Positions 9,489-20,280 of a stretch of DNA of 64,000 nt are shown here, one piece after another. Numbering within the stretch: the stretch's first letter is position 1; each line of letters starts with the position of its first letter. This DNA comes from Synergistaceae bacterium (GTDB lineage Bacteria > Synergistota > Synergistia > Synergistales > Synergistaceae): NCBI GenBank assembly GCA_030523725.1, contig JAUNHV010000005.1, positions 43,323-107,322 of the forward strand, written 5' to 3'. A program made the position numbers and the translations under genes. The notes under the pieces are model-generated. The model had not been told where the DNA came from, did not search any database, and was given only the letters and a program-made list of their open reading frames with translations.

Positions 9489-9525
9489 AAGACAGGCCAT
9501 TGAAAAAAATCCAATAGCCTGTCTT
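9489..9525 (+). terminator. Hairpin downstream of rhuM
   Basis: AAGACAGGCCATTG...CAATAGCCTGTCTT pairs at 13 of 14 positions. It is followed by AGCTTTATAT, a weak T-tract. Confidence 0.4.
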
Positions 9526-9698
9526 AGCTTTATATGAGATTAAGATTTTATTTTGTAAGTAGCGTGAACTTAAAATTTCTCATATTTTAGAGCAGATTTT
9601 TATATGGTATTAGCGGATTTACTACTAGTGAGATGTTCACAAAAGTGAACATATTAAATCAGTACAAACAAAAGGCTCTATACAATCTTAAAAACCAA

Positions 9699-9730
9699 AG
9701 GAGAGAATCAACTTTTGTTGGTTCTCTCCT
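9699..9730 (-). terminator. Rho-independent terminator of fic (copy 2 of the duplicated hairpin)
   Basis: On the minus strand: AGGAGAGAACCAAC-aaaa-GTTGATTCTCTCCT followed by TTGGTTTTT. It sits 20 nt after the fic stop codon. Confidence 0.6.
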
Positions 9731-9750
9731 CTTAATATGAAATTTTCTTA

Positions 9751-10905
9751 TCAAGTATCTTTGCGGAGTATGTCCAAATATGCAGTATAAGAATATACCC
9801 TCGCTTTGCCCACCTTGTTTGTTTGTAGAAGGATTTTCTTTTCTTCTAAGATAGATACCGCCTTGGCAACTGTATTGTATGACAAGTCTAAAGCTTTTGC
9901 AGTTTTGCCGATGTCTATAATTGGATTGGCTTCAAGATAAGTGAAAAGAGCTAGCACAGTTTCTCTTTGACGTGCTGAAAAATCAGAAAATTTTTCCAAA
10001 TTGGAAATGTGAAGAGCGGAAAGTTTTTTTATGTCAGCAATTGCGTCCTTCGCAGATTCGCTTAATGCGTCTAGGAAAAACGCAACCCACTGTTCGTAAT
10101 CTCCAGTTTTTCTAACCTGTGTCATGCGGTCATAGTATTCAATGCGATTTAATTTCAGGTAGCAGGAGATGTAAAGAGCTGGTGTAGTGAGAATTTTTCT
10201 TTCCATGAGAAATAATGTTATCAAAAGACGGCCAACACGACCATTACCATCAAGAAATGGATGAATGGTTTCAAATTGATAATGAATGAGGGCAATGGCG
10301 ATCAAGGGGTCTAGCGTATCGTCATTATTGATAAACTTTTCAAGGTCTGACATAGCCTCAATCATATCTGATGGGTTCGGGGGAATGTATCTTGCGTTTT
10401 TGAGTGTGCTTCCTGCTCCACCTATCCAGTTTTGTGAATGGCGAAATTGCCCCGGATTTTTTTCTTCACCTCTAGTGCCTTGAAGGAGCACAGCGTGAGT
10501 TTCTTTCAACAGACGTGAGCTAATGGGAAGTGCTTTTAGTCTTTCAATGGCAAATTCAGTAGCCTTTGTGTAGTTCACAACGTCAGAGACATCTTGATTA
10601 ACATTTGTATCTATGAAAGGATTCAAAATATCATCCAGTGTGCATTGCGTTCCCTCTATTTGGGAGGATAACAACGCTTCTTTCCTAACATACATGGAGA
10701 CAAAAAGCTTAAGGCTCGGAATTCCTGAAGATAAACTTTCAAGTGTTGCTATATTTTTATTTGCCTCAATGAGTTTTTTTAGCATATCAGAATTGATTTC
10801 AAGCGATGGCTTTGGCGGAAGTGGTGAGGGATTGAAAGATTTATATGCTAATTCTCCCGATAGGTTATTAACAAAACGTCCAGCTCTGTTTTCCACAAGA
10901 AACAT
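9751..10905 (-). CDS. fic: Fic-family protein (AMPylase-type Fic motif) with C-terminal winged-helix-like region
   Basis: The canonical Fic motif HPFLDGNGRVGRLL is present. The ~384-aa length and the C-terminal DLSYNTVAKAVSILEEKKIL segment are HTH-like. Confidence 0.85.
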   Translation of the reverse strand: MFLVENRAGRFVNNLSGELAYKSFNPSPLPPKPSLEINSDMLKKLIEANKNIATLESLSSGIPSLKLFVSMYVRKEALLSSQIEGTQCTLDDILNPFIDTNVNQDVSDVVNYTKATEFAIERLKALPISSRLLKETHAVLLQGTRGEEKNPGQFRHSQNWIGGAGSTLKNARYIPPNPSDMIEAMSDLEKFINNDDTLDPLIAIALIHYQFETIHPFLDGNGRVGRLLITLFLMERKILTTPALYISCYLKLNRIEYYDRMTQVRKTGDYEQWVAFFLDALSESAKDAIADIKKLSALHISNLEKFSDFSARQRETVLALFTYLEANPIIDIGKTAKALDLSYNTVAKAVSILEEKKILLQTNKVGKARVYSYTAYLDILRKDT

Positions 10906-10938
10906 TCCTTTCTCTATGGTGATGTTGAAATTGAAATT

Positions 10939-11066
10939 GAAATTTCAGAAAGAATTATTGCATAGAAATTTCAAAAAATCAACTATTTCTGAAAATAAAC
11001 AGAAGAGAAATTTCAAAAAAATGCAAAAACTTGAAATTTCTTCCTAAAAATGACGGTAGAAATTTC
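10939..11066. promoter_or_regulatory. Array of five palindromic GAAATTTC octamers upstream of fic
   Basis: GAAATTTC occurs at 10939, 10965, 11007, 11033 and 11059, giving spacings of 26, 42, 26 and 26 bp. Three copies are embedded in AGAAATTTCAAAAA. Confidence 0.45.
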
Positions 11067-11157
11067 AAAAACGGCGCAATCGTGCAAAACCAGCTCAAAA
11101 AACTGGCGCATTCGTGCAAAATCAACTCAAAAAACTGGCGCATTCGTACAAAATTAT
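11064..11157. repeat. About three tandem copies of a ~32-bp unit (CTCAAAAAACTGGCGCATTCGTGCAAAATCAA)
   Basis: Copies at 11094-11125 and 11126-11154 are near-identical. A diverged copy lies at 11064-11093. Confidence 0.65.
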
Positions 11158-11294
11158 TTACGAAAATTATTGACAAATAATTTCTGATAAAGTCACGCAA
11201 GGTTTAGTCCTTTACTTATCTTCCATACTTTATGGCTTCTATCCTTTAAAATGTAAAGAAGCACAAGGTATAACAAGCTGTCACATGATCAAAC

Positions 11295-11346
11295 AAAAAA
11301 CATAGCCAAAAAGAGCACAAAATTTGTTCTTTAAGGCTATGTTTTT
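11295..11346 (-). terminator. Terminator downstream of dnaJ
   Basis: The stem is AAAAAACATAGCC...GGCTATGTTTTT. On the minus strand the hairpin is followed by TTTTTGTTTG. Confidence 0.5.
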
Positions 11347-11371
11347 ATTTGTTGTTATTTTTTATTCGGTT

Positions 11372-12466
11372 TTATTCTTTTACCGTAACCTTCATTTCTT
11401 TGGCGAGTTCACGCAAAATTTCTTTTTCTTTTTTGGTTGGGTTCTTTGGCACAGTAACCCTTACCAAAATGTTGAGGTCGCCCTTCGTTCCACGATAACG
11501 AAGCCGTGGCATACCGCGCCCACGAATGCGAAGTTTGCTTCCTGCTTGTGTTCCAGCTGGGATATTTAGTTTCTCTTCTCCCTCAAACGTTTCCACTGAA
11601 ACAGTGCAACCAAGGACAGCTTGTGGATAGGTAATTTCTATCGATGTAGCAAGGTCATCACCTGTTCTTGTAAGTCGGCTATCGTCTGCAACCTCTATCA
11701 TTATAAATAAGTCGCCAGACGGACCTCCGTTTGTTCCCGCATTGCCGTGTCCAGCGACACGAAGGCGTAAACCAGTATCAACTCCGGCAGGAATTGTAAC
11801 CTCAACTGGATGACGACGACGGATATGCCCACTTCCGTGGCATTCCTTGCATGGAGTTTCTATGCTGCGACCCTTACCATGGCATGTCGGGCAAACATGT
11901 TGTTGCCTCATCTGACCAAATGGTGTATTCGTCACCTGAGCAACTACTCCACTACCATTACATGTAGCACAGGTTTTAACGTTTGTCCCTGGCTCAGCAC
12001 CATTTCCATGGCAATGTCCACAAGTTTCAACACGAGTAACTTCCACGGTACGTTTTGTGCCACGATAGGCATCCTCAAGAGAAATTCTCATTCCATACTC
12101 AAGATCGTCTCCACGTGTAGGAGCATTAGGATTACTTCTGCGACTTCTGCCACCCATACCAAAAAGGTTGCCAAAAATATCACCTAGGTCTTCTCCAAAA
12201 TCAAAACCACCAAATCCACCACCGCTAAATCCACCAGCACCCATGTCACCAACTGTACCAAACTGGTCATATTGCGCCTTTTTCTGTGGGTCAGATAGAA
12301 CCTCATTCGCTTCGTTTATTTCCTTATATTTTGCCTCTGCTTCCTTATCCCCCGGATGTAAATCTGGGTGATATTTGCGAGTAAGTGCACGGTAGGCTTT
12401 TTTTATTTCATCTGGCGTTGCATTTCTACCCACGCCTAGAATTTCATAATAATCTTTTTGTGCCAT
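11372..12466 (-). CDS. dnaJ: Chaperone DnaJ
   Basis: The J-domain reads MAQKDYYEILGV...KYHPDLHPGD. A G/F-rich linker follows, then four CxxCxGxG zinc motifs (CGHCHGNG, CATCNGSG, CPTCHGKG, CKECHGSG). The track ORF begins on TTG at 12484. The ATG at 12466 follows AAGAGGA. Confidence 0.95.
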   Translation of the reverse strand: MAQKDYYEILGVGRNATPDEIKKAYRALTRKYHPDLHPGDKEAEAKYKEINEANEVLSDPQKKAQYDQFGTVGDMGAGGFSGGGFGGFDFGEDLGDIFGNLFGMGGRSRRSNPNAPTRGDDLEYGMRISLEDAYRGTKRTVEVTRVETCGHCHGNGAEPGTNVKTCATCNGSGVVAQVTNTPFGQMRQQHVCPTCHGKGRSIETPCKECHGSGHIRRRHPVEVTIPAGVDTGLRLRVAGHGNAGTNGGPSGDLFIMIEVADDSRLTRTGDDLATSIEITYPQAVLGCTVSVETFEGEEKLNIPAGTQAGSKLRIRGRGMPRLRYRGTKGDLNILVRVTVPKNPTKKEKEILRELAKEMKVTVKE

Positions 12467-12608
12467 AATTTCCTCTTTTGGCAATTACTTTATAATACTA
12501 AAGAATACACATTAGGCTCTAACACTAGAGCCTATGTGTATCTTGATTACTATTACTGTTTTGCCCTTTTATCTTATTTGGTAAAACTAAATTTTTCTAC
12601 TTTAATAA

Positions 12609-14456
<1,848 letters not shown>

Positions 14457-14498
14457 TTATCTCCTTTTCTAAAAATTTTATTACCTAAAATATAAAAA

Positions 14499-14720
14499 TT
14501 ACTTTTTATCGCTAAATGTGCGCATAAAAGCATCAAGCATGCTAAATAGGACAGCAAAACCAAAACAAACAACCGCTGTTAAAATTTGTGTCTGTCCATA
14601 GGTCAATCTTGCTGTAATCTTTAAACCAAGCTGCCCGGTTAGAGACATAATTCCTACAACAGTAAAATAAAGCCCAACTAAAACGAATAAGGTGATGATA
14701 ACCTTTAAACATTTTTGCAT
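14499..14720 (-). CDS. Small two-TM membrane protein between grpE and dnaK
   Basis: The product is 73 aa with two hydrophobic helices (VIITLFVLVGLYFTVVGIM and ILTAVVCFGFAVLFSML). The ATG is preceded by GAGGAGAGG. It is co-directional with the operon. Confidence 0.45.
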   Translation of the reverse strand: MQKCLKVIITLFVLVGLYFTVVGIMSLTGQLGLKITARLTYGQTQILTAVVCFGFAVLFSMLDAFMRTFSDKK

Positions 14721-14763
14721 GACAACCTCTCCTCATATTTTTGTTTTTTTATTGCTTTCTAAA

Positions 14764-15330
14764 TTAACCATTAAACTTGCCAACGCGAACCTTGGATGCG
14801 CGCAGCACTCTGCCTCCAAGTTTATAACCGCGACTGACAGCACCGATTATCTTGCCATCCAGTGCTTCATCCTCAACTGGCTCCATAAAAATTGCTTCAT
14901 GAAGTGTCGGGTCAAAGTCGCCTTCGGCCTCTATAAATTCAAGTCCCAATGATTCAAGAGACTCAGCAAACTGCTTTTGAACCATCATAATTCCCTTTGC
15001 CACAGCATCTTCCTTGTTTGTCAAGGCATCTGCTATTCGTTCCAGATTTTCAAACACGGGAAGCATTGCATTTACAGCACTTTCAGCAGCAAGGATAGCG
15101 TTTGTCTCACGCTGTTTTTCTGTCCTTGTGCGAAGATTGAAGTAATCTGCTTTAGCTCGCATGACATCTTCTCTCAATTTTTCATTTTCTTCTTTTAAGA
15201 GAGAAATTTCATCTGGCTTCTTTATTTCTTCTTCTCGTTCCTCGTCAGCTTTCCCAGCAATACTTTCATTTGCTACATCAGCTTCTAGTTCCTTTTTTAA
15301 TTCCTCTAGTTCTTCGCGTTCCTTTGACAT
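14764..15330 (-). CDS. grpE: Nucleotide exchange factor GrpE
   Basis: An acidic coiled-coil N-terminus is followed by the GrpE core (LPVFENLERA...GYKLGGRVLRASKV). It sits between hrcA and dnaK. Confidence 0.93.
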   Translation of the reverse strand: MSKEREELEELKKELEADVANESIAGKADEEREEEIKKPDEISLLKEENEKLREDVMRAKADYFNLRTRTEKQRETNAILAAESAVNAMLPVFENLERIADALTNKEDAVAKGIMMVQKQFAESLESLGLEFIEAEGDFDPTLHEAIFMEPVEDEALDGKIIGAVSRGYKLGGRVLRASKVRVGKFNG

Positions 15331-15335
15331 ACCAA

Positions 15336-16340
15336 CTATCCTTTCGTTTTATTTGTTATCATATCCAGCACACAATGTATAGTGTCAAGTGCCTGTTCAA
15401 AATCCATTCTCTCTGGTCCAATGAGTCCGACCACCGCACGCTGTCCCTTAACATCCGCACTCGCAGTCACCATCGCCGTTGAACCAAGGGTCTCAAAATT
15501 ACTCTCAGCACCAAGCGTAACATTAAACCTGTTTGCCCCACAAGTGGAAACGAGATGAGCCATGTTCTCCTCTTCCTCAAGAAAAGAACAAAGAGCCCTA
15601 ACCTTCGTTAGATCTTGAAAATCTTTTAGCCCCATAATGTGACTAAAACTACCTGTGAATACACGAGGTTTTCCAATCCCCAGGAGTGAATCAATCTCCT
15701 CAACAGCTTTCACACATTTTTCTCTGTATTGTGCAACGTCATTCCAAATCGAGGCACGAACAATTTGCTTAACCTCACTCCACATTTTACCGGAAAACTT
15801 GTTTATGTAACGGCAAATTTCATCAAGGTCATCTTGCGTAACCTCCGGGCTGAAGGCAACCATTTTTTTGTGTAACACGCCACCTTCTAAAACCACAACA
15901 AGCAAGACCGTTCCCTCTGCCACCAAAACAAAATCCACCTTGTGAAATTTTATTGTATTAAGTGGAGTAAAGGCAGCAATGCCAATATAATTCGACATTT
16001 TTGAAAGCATTTCTGACGCTTGATGCATGGAGCGCTCAATATCTTCCTTGCGACGTGTAATGTCTTGCAGGAGTTCTATTGAATTATTGTCCTTTGCTCG
16101 CTCAAGCACCGTATCTATATAGAGCCTATAACCAAGAGAGGTTGGCACCCTGCCGCTTGACGTATGAGTGTGCTTCAAAAACCCTAGGTTTTCGAGATTA
16201 CTCATTTCATTTCTTATCGTAGCCGGACTCCTGTGATGGAGAAATTTTTTTGCTACGGTGGAACTTCCAACGGTGTCACCACTTTTAATATACTCGTAAA
16301 CGACAGATAAGACAACCTCCAACTGGCGTTCCGTTATCAA
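15336..16340 (-). CDS. hrcA: Heat-inducible transcription repressor HrcA
   Basis: The N-terminal wHTH reads ERQLEVVLSVVYEYIKSGDTVGSSTVAKK. The start is TTG at 16340, after GGAGGTGG. It is the first gene of the hrcA-grpE-dnaK-dnaJ operon and lies behind CIRCE. Confidence 0.93.
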   Translation of the reverse strand: MITERQLEVVLSVVYEYIKSGDTVGSSTVAKKFLHHRSPATIRNEMSNLENLGFLKHTHTSSGRVPTSLGYRLYIDTVLERAKDNNSIELLQDITRRKEDIERSMHQASEMLSKMSNYIGIAAFTPLNTIKFHKVDFVLVAEGTVLLVVVLEGGVLHKKMVAFSPEVTQDDLDEICRYINKFSGKMWSEVKQIVRASIWNDVAQYREKCVKAVEEIDSLLGIGKPRVFTGSFSHIMGLKDFQDLTKVRALCSFLEEEENMAHLVSTCGANRFNVTLGAESNFETLGSTAMVTASADVKGQRAVVGLIGPERMDFEQALDTIHCVLDMITNKTKG

Positions 16341-16361
16341 AATTTTCCACCTCCAAGCTCA

Positions 16362-16388
16362 TTAGCACTCTCAACACACGAGTGCTAA
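16362..16388. promoter_or_regulatory. CIRCE operator (HrcA binding site)
   Basis: There is a perfect TTAGCACTC-N9-GAGTGCTAA inverted repeat 22 nt upstream of the hrcA start. Confidence 0.92.
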
Positions 16389-16405
16389 CTTTCAACAACG
16401 ACGTA

Positions 16406-16434
16406 AGTTTAACAGTATTTACATATTTTGTCAA
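16406..16434 (-). promoter_or_regulatory. Sigma-70 promoter of the hrcA operon
   Basis: On the minus strand: TTGACA (16434-16429), a 17-nt spacer, then TAAACT (16411-16406). It lies immediately upstream of CIRCE. Confidence 0.7.
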
Positions 16435-16617
16435 GACTGGTCAAAAAAAAATTTTACAATTTTATACCATACTATAAAACCTAAAGAAAAACATATAGGC
16501 ATAGCGACATTTTAATGTAATTGCTCTAGCAAGAGCAAAAAAAATAGCAAGAAATCACCAGTATAACCAATGATTCCTCGCTTATGTTCCTAAAAATAGC
16601 CAAGCAAAATAATAAAT

Positions 16618-18861
16618 TTACCTTTTCACACGTAAAATACGCAGAGAATTTAACACTACTGTAATACTGCTTGCTGCCATTGCCATCTCGGCAACTGCTG
16701 GGTGTAGTGCACCACTTGCAGCAAGTGGAATCGCAATTACATTATAGATGAGAGCTCCAAACAAATTCTGATGGATGATTCTAGTCGTGTAATTTGCAAG
16801 TTTTATGAAATATGCAATGTTTTTGATTCCTCCACTCAAGATGATAAGATCCGACGCTTCCTGCGCAATTTGCGAACCCTCACCCATTGCAATACTACAA
16901 TCTGCACCCTTTAAAGCAGGAGCATCGTTAATTCCATCACCTGCCATAATAACTAAATCTTTATTTTCTTTGTCACCCTCACGCCAATCTTGCCTCAATG
17001 TCTGGATGAACGTTAATTTGTCCGTTGGAGATAATTTTGCATGAACAGATGAAATTCCTACTTGCCGTGCCACTAGGTTAGCAACTTCCATCTTGTCACC
17101 TGTTGCGAGAATGGGGATATACCCCATATTTTTAATTTCTTTTATTGCAACTGCGGCATCGCTACGTACCTTGTCATCTGTGGCAAATACACCAATGCAA
17201 ATGTTGTTTCTATAAAGAAAAGAAAGGGTACTATTGGGATAGCGTTTCTTAAAAATAGAAATGTCTTCAGAAAGCAGAGCACTAGTCTCTTTACCAAAAA
17301 AATATTTATTCCCGTTAAACTCTGCAAAAATGCCTTGACCAGCAACTTCGTGAACATCAGTTAAACTAATAGAGGAAGCATCTTTTATATTCGTACTCAA
17401 AAATTCACAAATCGCCTTGGCTATTGGATGATTGCTTGTACTTTCAATCGCCATGGCAATTTTTTCATCTTCTTCTTTAATACAAGAACCGAACACCTTG
17501 GGTTTACCTTCCGTAATTGTACCCGTCTTGTCAAAAATACAATATTCGGCAGAGTTCACAACCTGTAAACTTGCCATGTTCCTTATGAGAAGTCCTGCTT
17601 TTGTCGCCACACCACTCACAGTGATAAATGCCATAGGTGTTGCAAGTCCAAGGGCACAGGGACAAGCAATAACAAGAGTCGCAATAAATGCAAAAATCGC
17701 AGTATCAAGTGCAGTACCAGAAACTGGTTTCAAGAAAAATAGAGCAGAGTAGTGCGTTGCAATTTGACGCGTAATAGGAACAAATCGCCAAAAACAAAAA
17801 GCAAGAATTGCTACAAACAAAACAAATGGAACAAAAACAAGAGTAAGTCTATCTGCCATAGCTTGTAACGGAATTTTTGTTCCCTGTGCTTCTTCCACAA
17901 GACGTGTCATTTGAGAAAGGAAGGTATCACGAGCTTCCTTTGTTACACGATACTTCAATTCACCGGTAAGGTTTATAGCCCCTCCAGTCACCATATCACC
18001 TTCATCTTTTATGACTGGCACAGATTCACCCGAAATAAAGCTCTCATCAACTTCGCTTGAGCCTCGTGTAATAACACCATCAAGTGCTATTTTTTCTCCA
18101 GCTCTCACACAAACAATGGAATCTGGTTTTACTGCCTCAACTGGCAATACCATTTCACGCCCATCATCTGATACCACCCTTGCCATTGTCGGAGCAAGAG
18201 AAAGTAATTTTTTCAGATCCACACTTGCCTTTGCACGGAGTTTACTTTCTATAAACCGTCCTAACAAATTGAACATCATCACCATGACAGCACTTGCACC
18301 AAATGAGTGAAAGTTATAGTAAGATGTAAAAAATGACAGAACACAAGTAAGCCAAGCAGAAAAAGCGGAAATTGCAATGAGGGTATTCATATTCGTGTGA
18401 AAATGTCGCAAAGCAATTCCTGCACTCTTAAATGTACCTCTACCACAATAGAAAAGGCAGAATGTAGCAGAGAAAAGCTCTAAATAGCTATAAAAAGGAA
18501 TTGTAATATGAGCAAACTCACTTAGATACATTAGGAGACAAAAGGGAAGTCCCACAGCCCAACAAAGAATCAAATTTTGTTTTGCTTTTTTATATTTTAC
18601 TTCTTCAAAATTTGCATCAATTTTTTTTGTTGGTCTAAAGCCAACATTGCTCACAGCTTCAAACAGCACCTCTTCTGTTACAGTATCATCAGCAGTAACA
18701 AAAGCAGCTTCTGTTGCCAGATTAACTGTCGCAAAAGATACACCAAGCACACGACTCAAGGCACGTTCTGCCATTTTTGAGCAGGTTGCACAGGTCATAC
18801 CTTCAATGTAAAAGGAAAAGGTTTGTGTTTGGTTTGACATTTTTTCTTTACTTGCCTCCAT
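16618..18861 (-). CDS. copA: Heavy-metal (copper-type) translocating P1B-type ATPase
   Basis: The N-terminal HMA domain has GMTCATC. The TM6 CPC motif is CPCALGLATP. The phosphorylation site is FDKTGTIT and the hinge is GDGINDAPAL. Confidence 0.88.
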   Translation of the reverse strand: MEASKEKMSNQTQTFSFYIEGMTCATCSKMAERALSRVLGVSFATVNLATEAAFVTADDTVTEEVLFEAVSNVGFRPTKKIDANFEEVKYKKAKQNLILCWAVGLPFCLLMYLSEFAHITIPFYSYLELFSATFCLFYCGRGTFKSAGIALRHFHTNMNTLIAISAFSAWLTCVLSFFTSYYNFHSFGASAVMVMMFNLLGRFIESKLRAKASVDLKKLLSLAPTMARVVSDDGREMVLPVEAVKPDSIVCVRAGEKIALDGVITRGSSEVDESFISGESVPVIKDEGDMVTGGAINLTGELKYRVTKEARDTFLSQMTRLVEEAQGTKIPLQAMADRLTLVFVPFVLFVAILAFCFWRFVPITRQIATHYSALFFLKPVSGTALDTAIFAFIATLVIACPCALGLATPMAFITVSGVATKAGLLIRNMASLQVVNSAEYCIFDKTGTITEGKPKVFGSCIKEEDEKIAMAIESTSNHPIAKAICEFLSTNIKDASSISLTDVHEVAGQGIFAEFNGNKYFFGKETSALLSEDISIFKKRYPNSTLSFLYRNNICIGVFATDDKVRSDAAVAIKEIKNMGYIPILATGDKMEVANLVARQVGISSVHAKLSPTDKLTFIQTLRQDWREGDKENKDLVIMAGDGINDAPALKGADCSIAMGEGSQIAQEASDLIILSGGIKNIAYFIKLANYTTRIIHQNLFGALIYNVIAIPLAASGALHPAVAEMAMAASSITVVLNSLRILRVKR

Positions 18862-18984
18862 ATATCAGGTTCTATACACTAAGAAGTTAAATACACGACA
18901 AAAAGGAGCGAAGCCTCAAAAGAGTTAAGAGTAGGATTAGCAATAATCTGTGTAAAAATTTTAAGAAAAAAAAGATAAAAAAAA

Positions 18985-19063
18985 TGGTCGGGATGGTCGG
19001 ATTCGAACCGACGACCCCCTGCTCCCAAAGCAGGTGCGCTAAACCAGACTGCGCTACATCCCG
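18985..19063 (-). tRNA. tRNA-Pro (anticodon TGG), CCA encoded
   Basis: The reverse complement is CGGGATGTAGCGCAGTCTGGTTTAGCGCACCTGCTTTGGGAGCAGGGGGTCGTCGGTTCGAATCCGACCATCCCGACCA. The acceptor stem has 7 bp (CGGGATG/CATCCCG). The anticodon stem is CCTGC/GCAGG with loop TTTGGGA. The T-arm is GTCGG-TTCGAAT-CCGAC. Confidence 0.9.
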
Positions 19064-19282
19064 TAACCTCACAGGGCGGTATTATATCATAATTTTTTAT
19101 ATTGGCAAGGGTTTTTTCTAGCTTTTCACAGTATAATTTTTGAAATAAAGTTTTTTGGGACCACACACCGCAGCGTTTTTGCATTTGCTAGAAATTGAGA
19201 AGCATTTGCCAAATTCAGTTTTTTAACAAAAATGCAGCTACTGCACCAACAAAAGTACCAATAAATGAAGCAAAATATGGGT

Positions 19283-20278
19283 TCATCTAGCTTTTCCCCT
19301 ATTCAACACACTAACAACAACATTCTTTATTGTTTCCATTTCGCTCGGATTACTTTCCGCTATCAAAAGAGTTAAAGAGAATAATGTCGCGTTATCAATT
19401 ATTGGGGTGTCGTCTTGGTATAACATTTTATTCTTTTCCATAAAATACAAAAAGCAACTTGCTGCAATTCTTTTGTTGCCATCAGAGAAAGAATGATTTT
19501 TAGTTATCAGATACAGCAACATTGCCGCTTTTTCTTCCAGAGTCGGGTAGAGTTCCTCGCCTCCAAAGGTTTGGTAAATCTGGTTAATTGAGCTTGCAAA
19601 GCTTCCGTCTTTTGGGTTTGCAAAGACATCTGATGCAAATTCCGCCTTCATCTCCTTTATGACCTTTAAGTATTCCGCTTCCTCAATCACAACAGCTTCT
19701 CTTGTTGTCTTTCCTTTTGTTTCCAACGTCTTATGGTCAAAATCATCCAGTAAATCAAGCCCAGTAGCAAAATTATTCAGAATTTGTGCGACCTGTTTTG
19801 CTTCATCCAAATTTTCAACTTGATTATTCAAGCTCCTAGACAAAAGATTTATTGTGTCTTGCAAACTTTTGACCTTTGCTTGTTCCTGTTTCAACTGTCT
19901 TTCGTTAACGGCATAACCTTTTGTCAAATATGACCGCAACACATTTGTTGCCCAAATACGAAATTGTGTTGCTCGTTTTGAATTAACCCTATAACCTACG
20001 GCAATAATTGCATCCAGATTGTAAAAAGTTTTAGTTCTATTTACCTGTCTGTTGCCTTCAATTTGAACTACCGAGAAATCCTCGGTAGTTGCATTTTTGT
20101 TTAATTCCTCTTCTTGATATATATTTTTCAAGTGTAGTGAAATATTGTCTGTGCTACATTCAAACAGCTCAGCCATTGTCTTTTGAGTAAGCCAAATTGT
20201 CTCATTTTCTAACTTTACGCTTATGTCTATATTTCCATCTTCATTTTTGTATATTATAAGGTTGTTGTTTTCTTTCAT
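19283..20278 (-). CDS. RhuM-like N-terminal domain fused to a Fic/Doc-type C-terminal domain
   Basis: The N-terminal half parallels the RhuM at 8298 (IWLTQKTMAELFECSTDNISLHLKNIYQEEEL; AVGYRVNSKRATQFRIWATNVLRSYLTKGYAVNE). The C-terminal part carries a Doc-type motif, HSFSDGNKRIAASCF. Confidence 0.75.
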   Translation of the reverse strand: MKENNNLIIYKNEDGNIDISVKLENETIWLTQKTMAELFECSTDNISLHLKNIYQEEELNKNATTEDFSVVQIEGNRQVNRTKTFYNLDAIIAVGYRVNSKRATQFRIWATNVLRSYLTKGYAVNERQLKQEQAKVKSLQDTINLLSRSLNNQVENLDEAKQVAQILNNFATGLDLLDDFDHKTLETKGKTTREAVVIEEAEYLKVIKEMKAEFASDVFANPKDGSFASSINQIYQTFGGEELYPTLEEKAAMLLYLITKNHSFSDGNKRIAASCFLYFMEKNKMLYQDDTPIIDNATLFSLTLLIAESNPSEMETIKNVVVSVLNRGKAR

Positions 20279-20280
20279 CT

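Noticed and set aside
18879-19184. Minus-strand ORFs of 101 and 61 aa overlapping tRNA-Pro.
   Set aside because: They run straight through the tRNA gene, and the tRNA cloverleaf explains the sequence.
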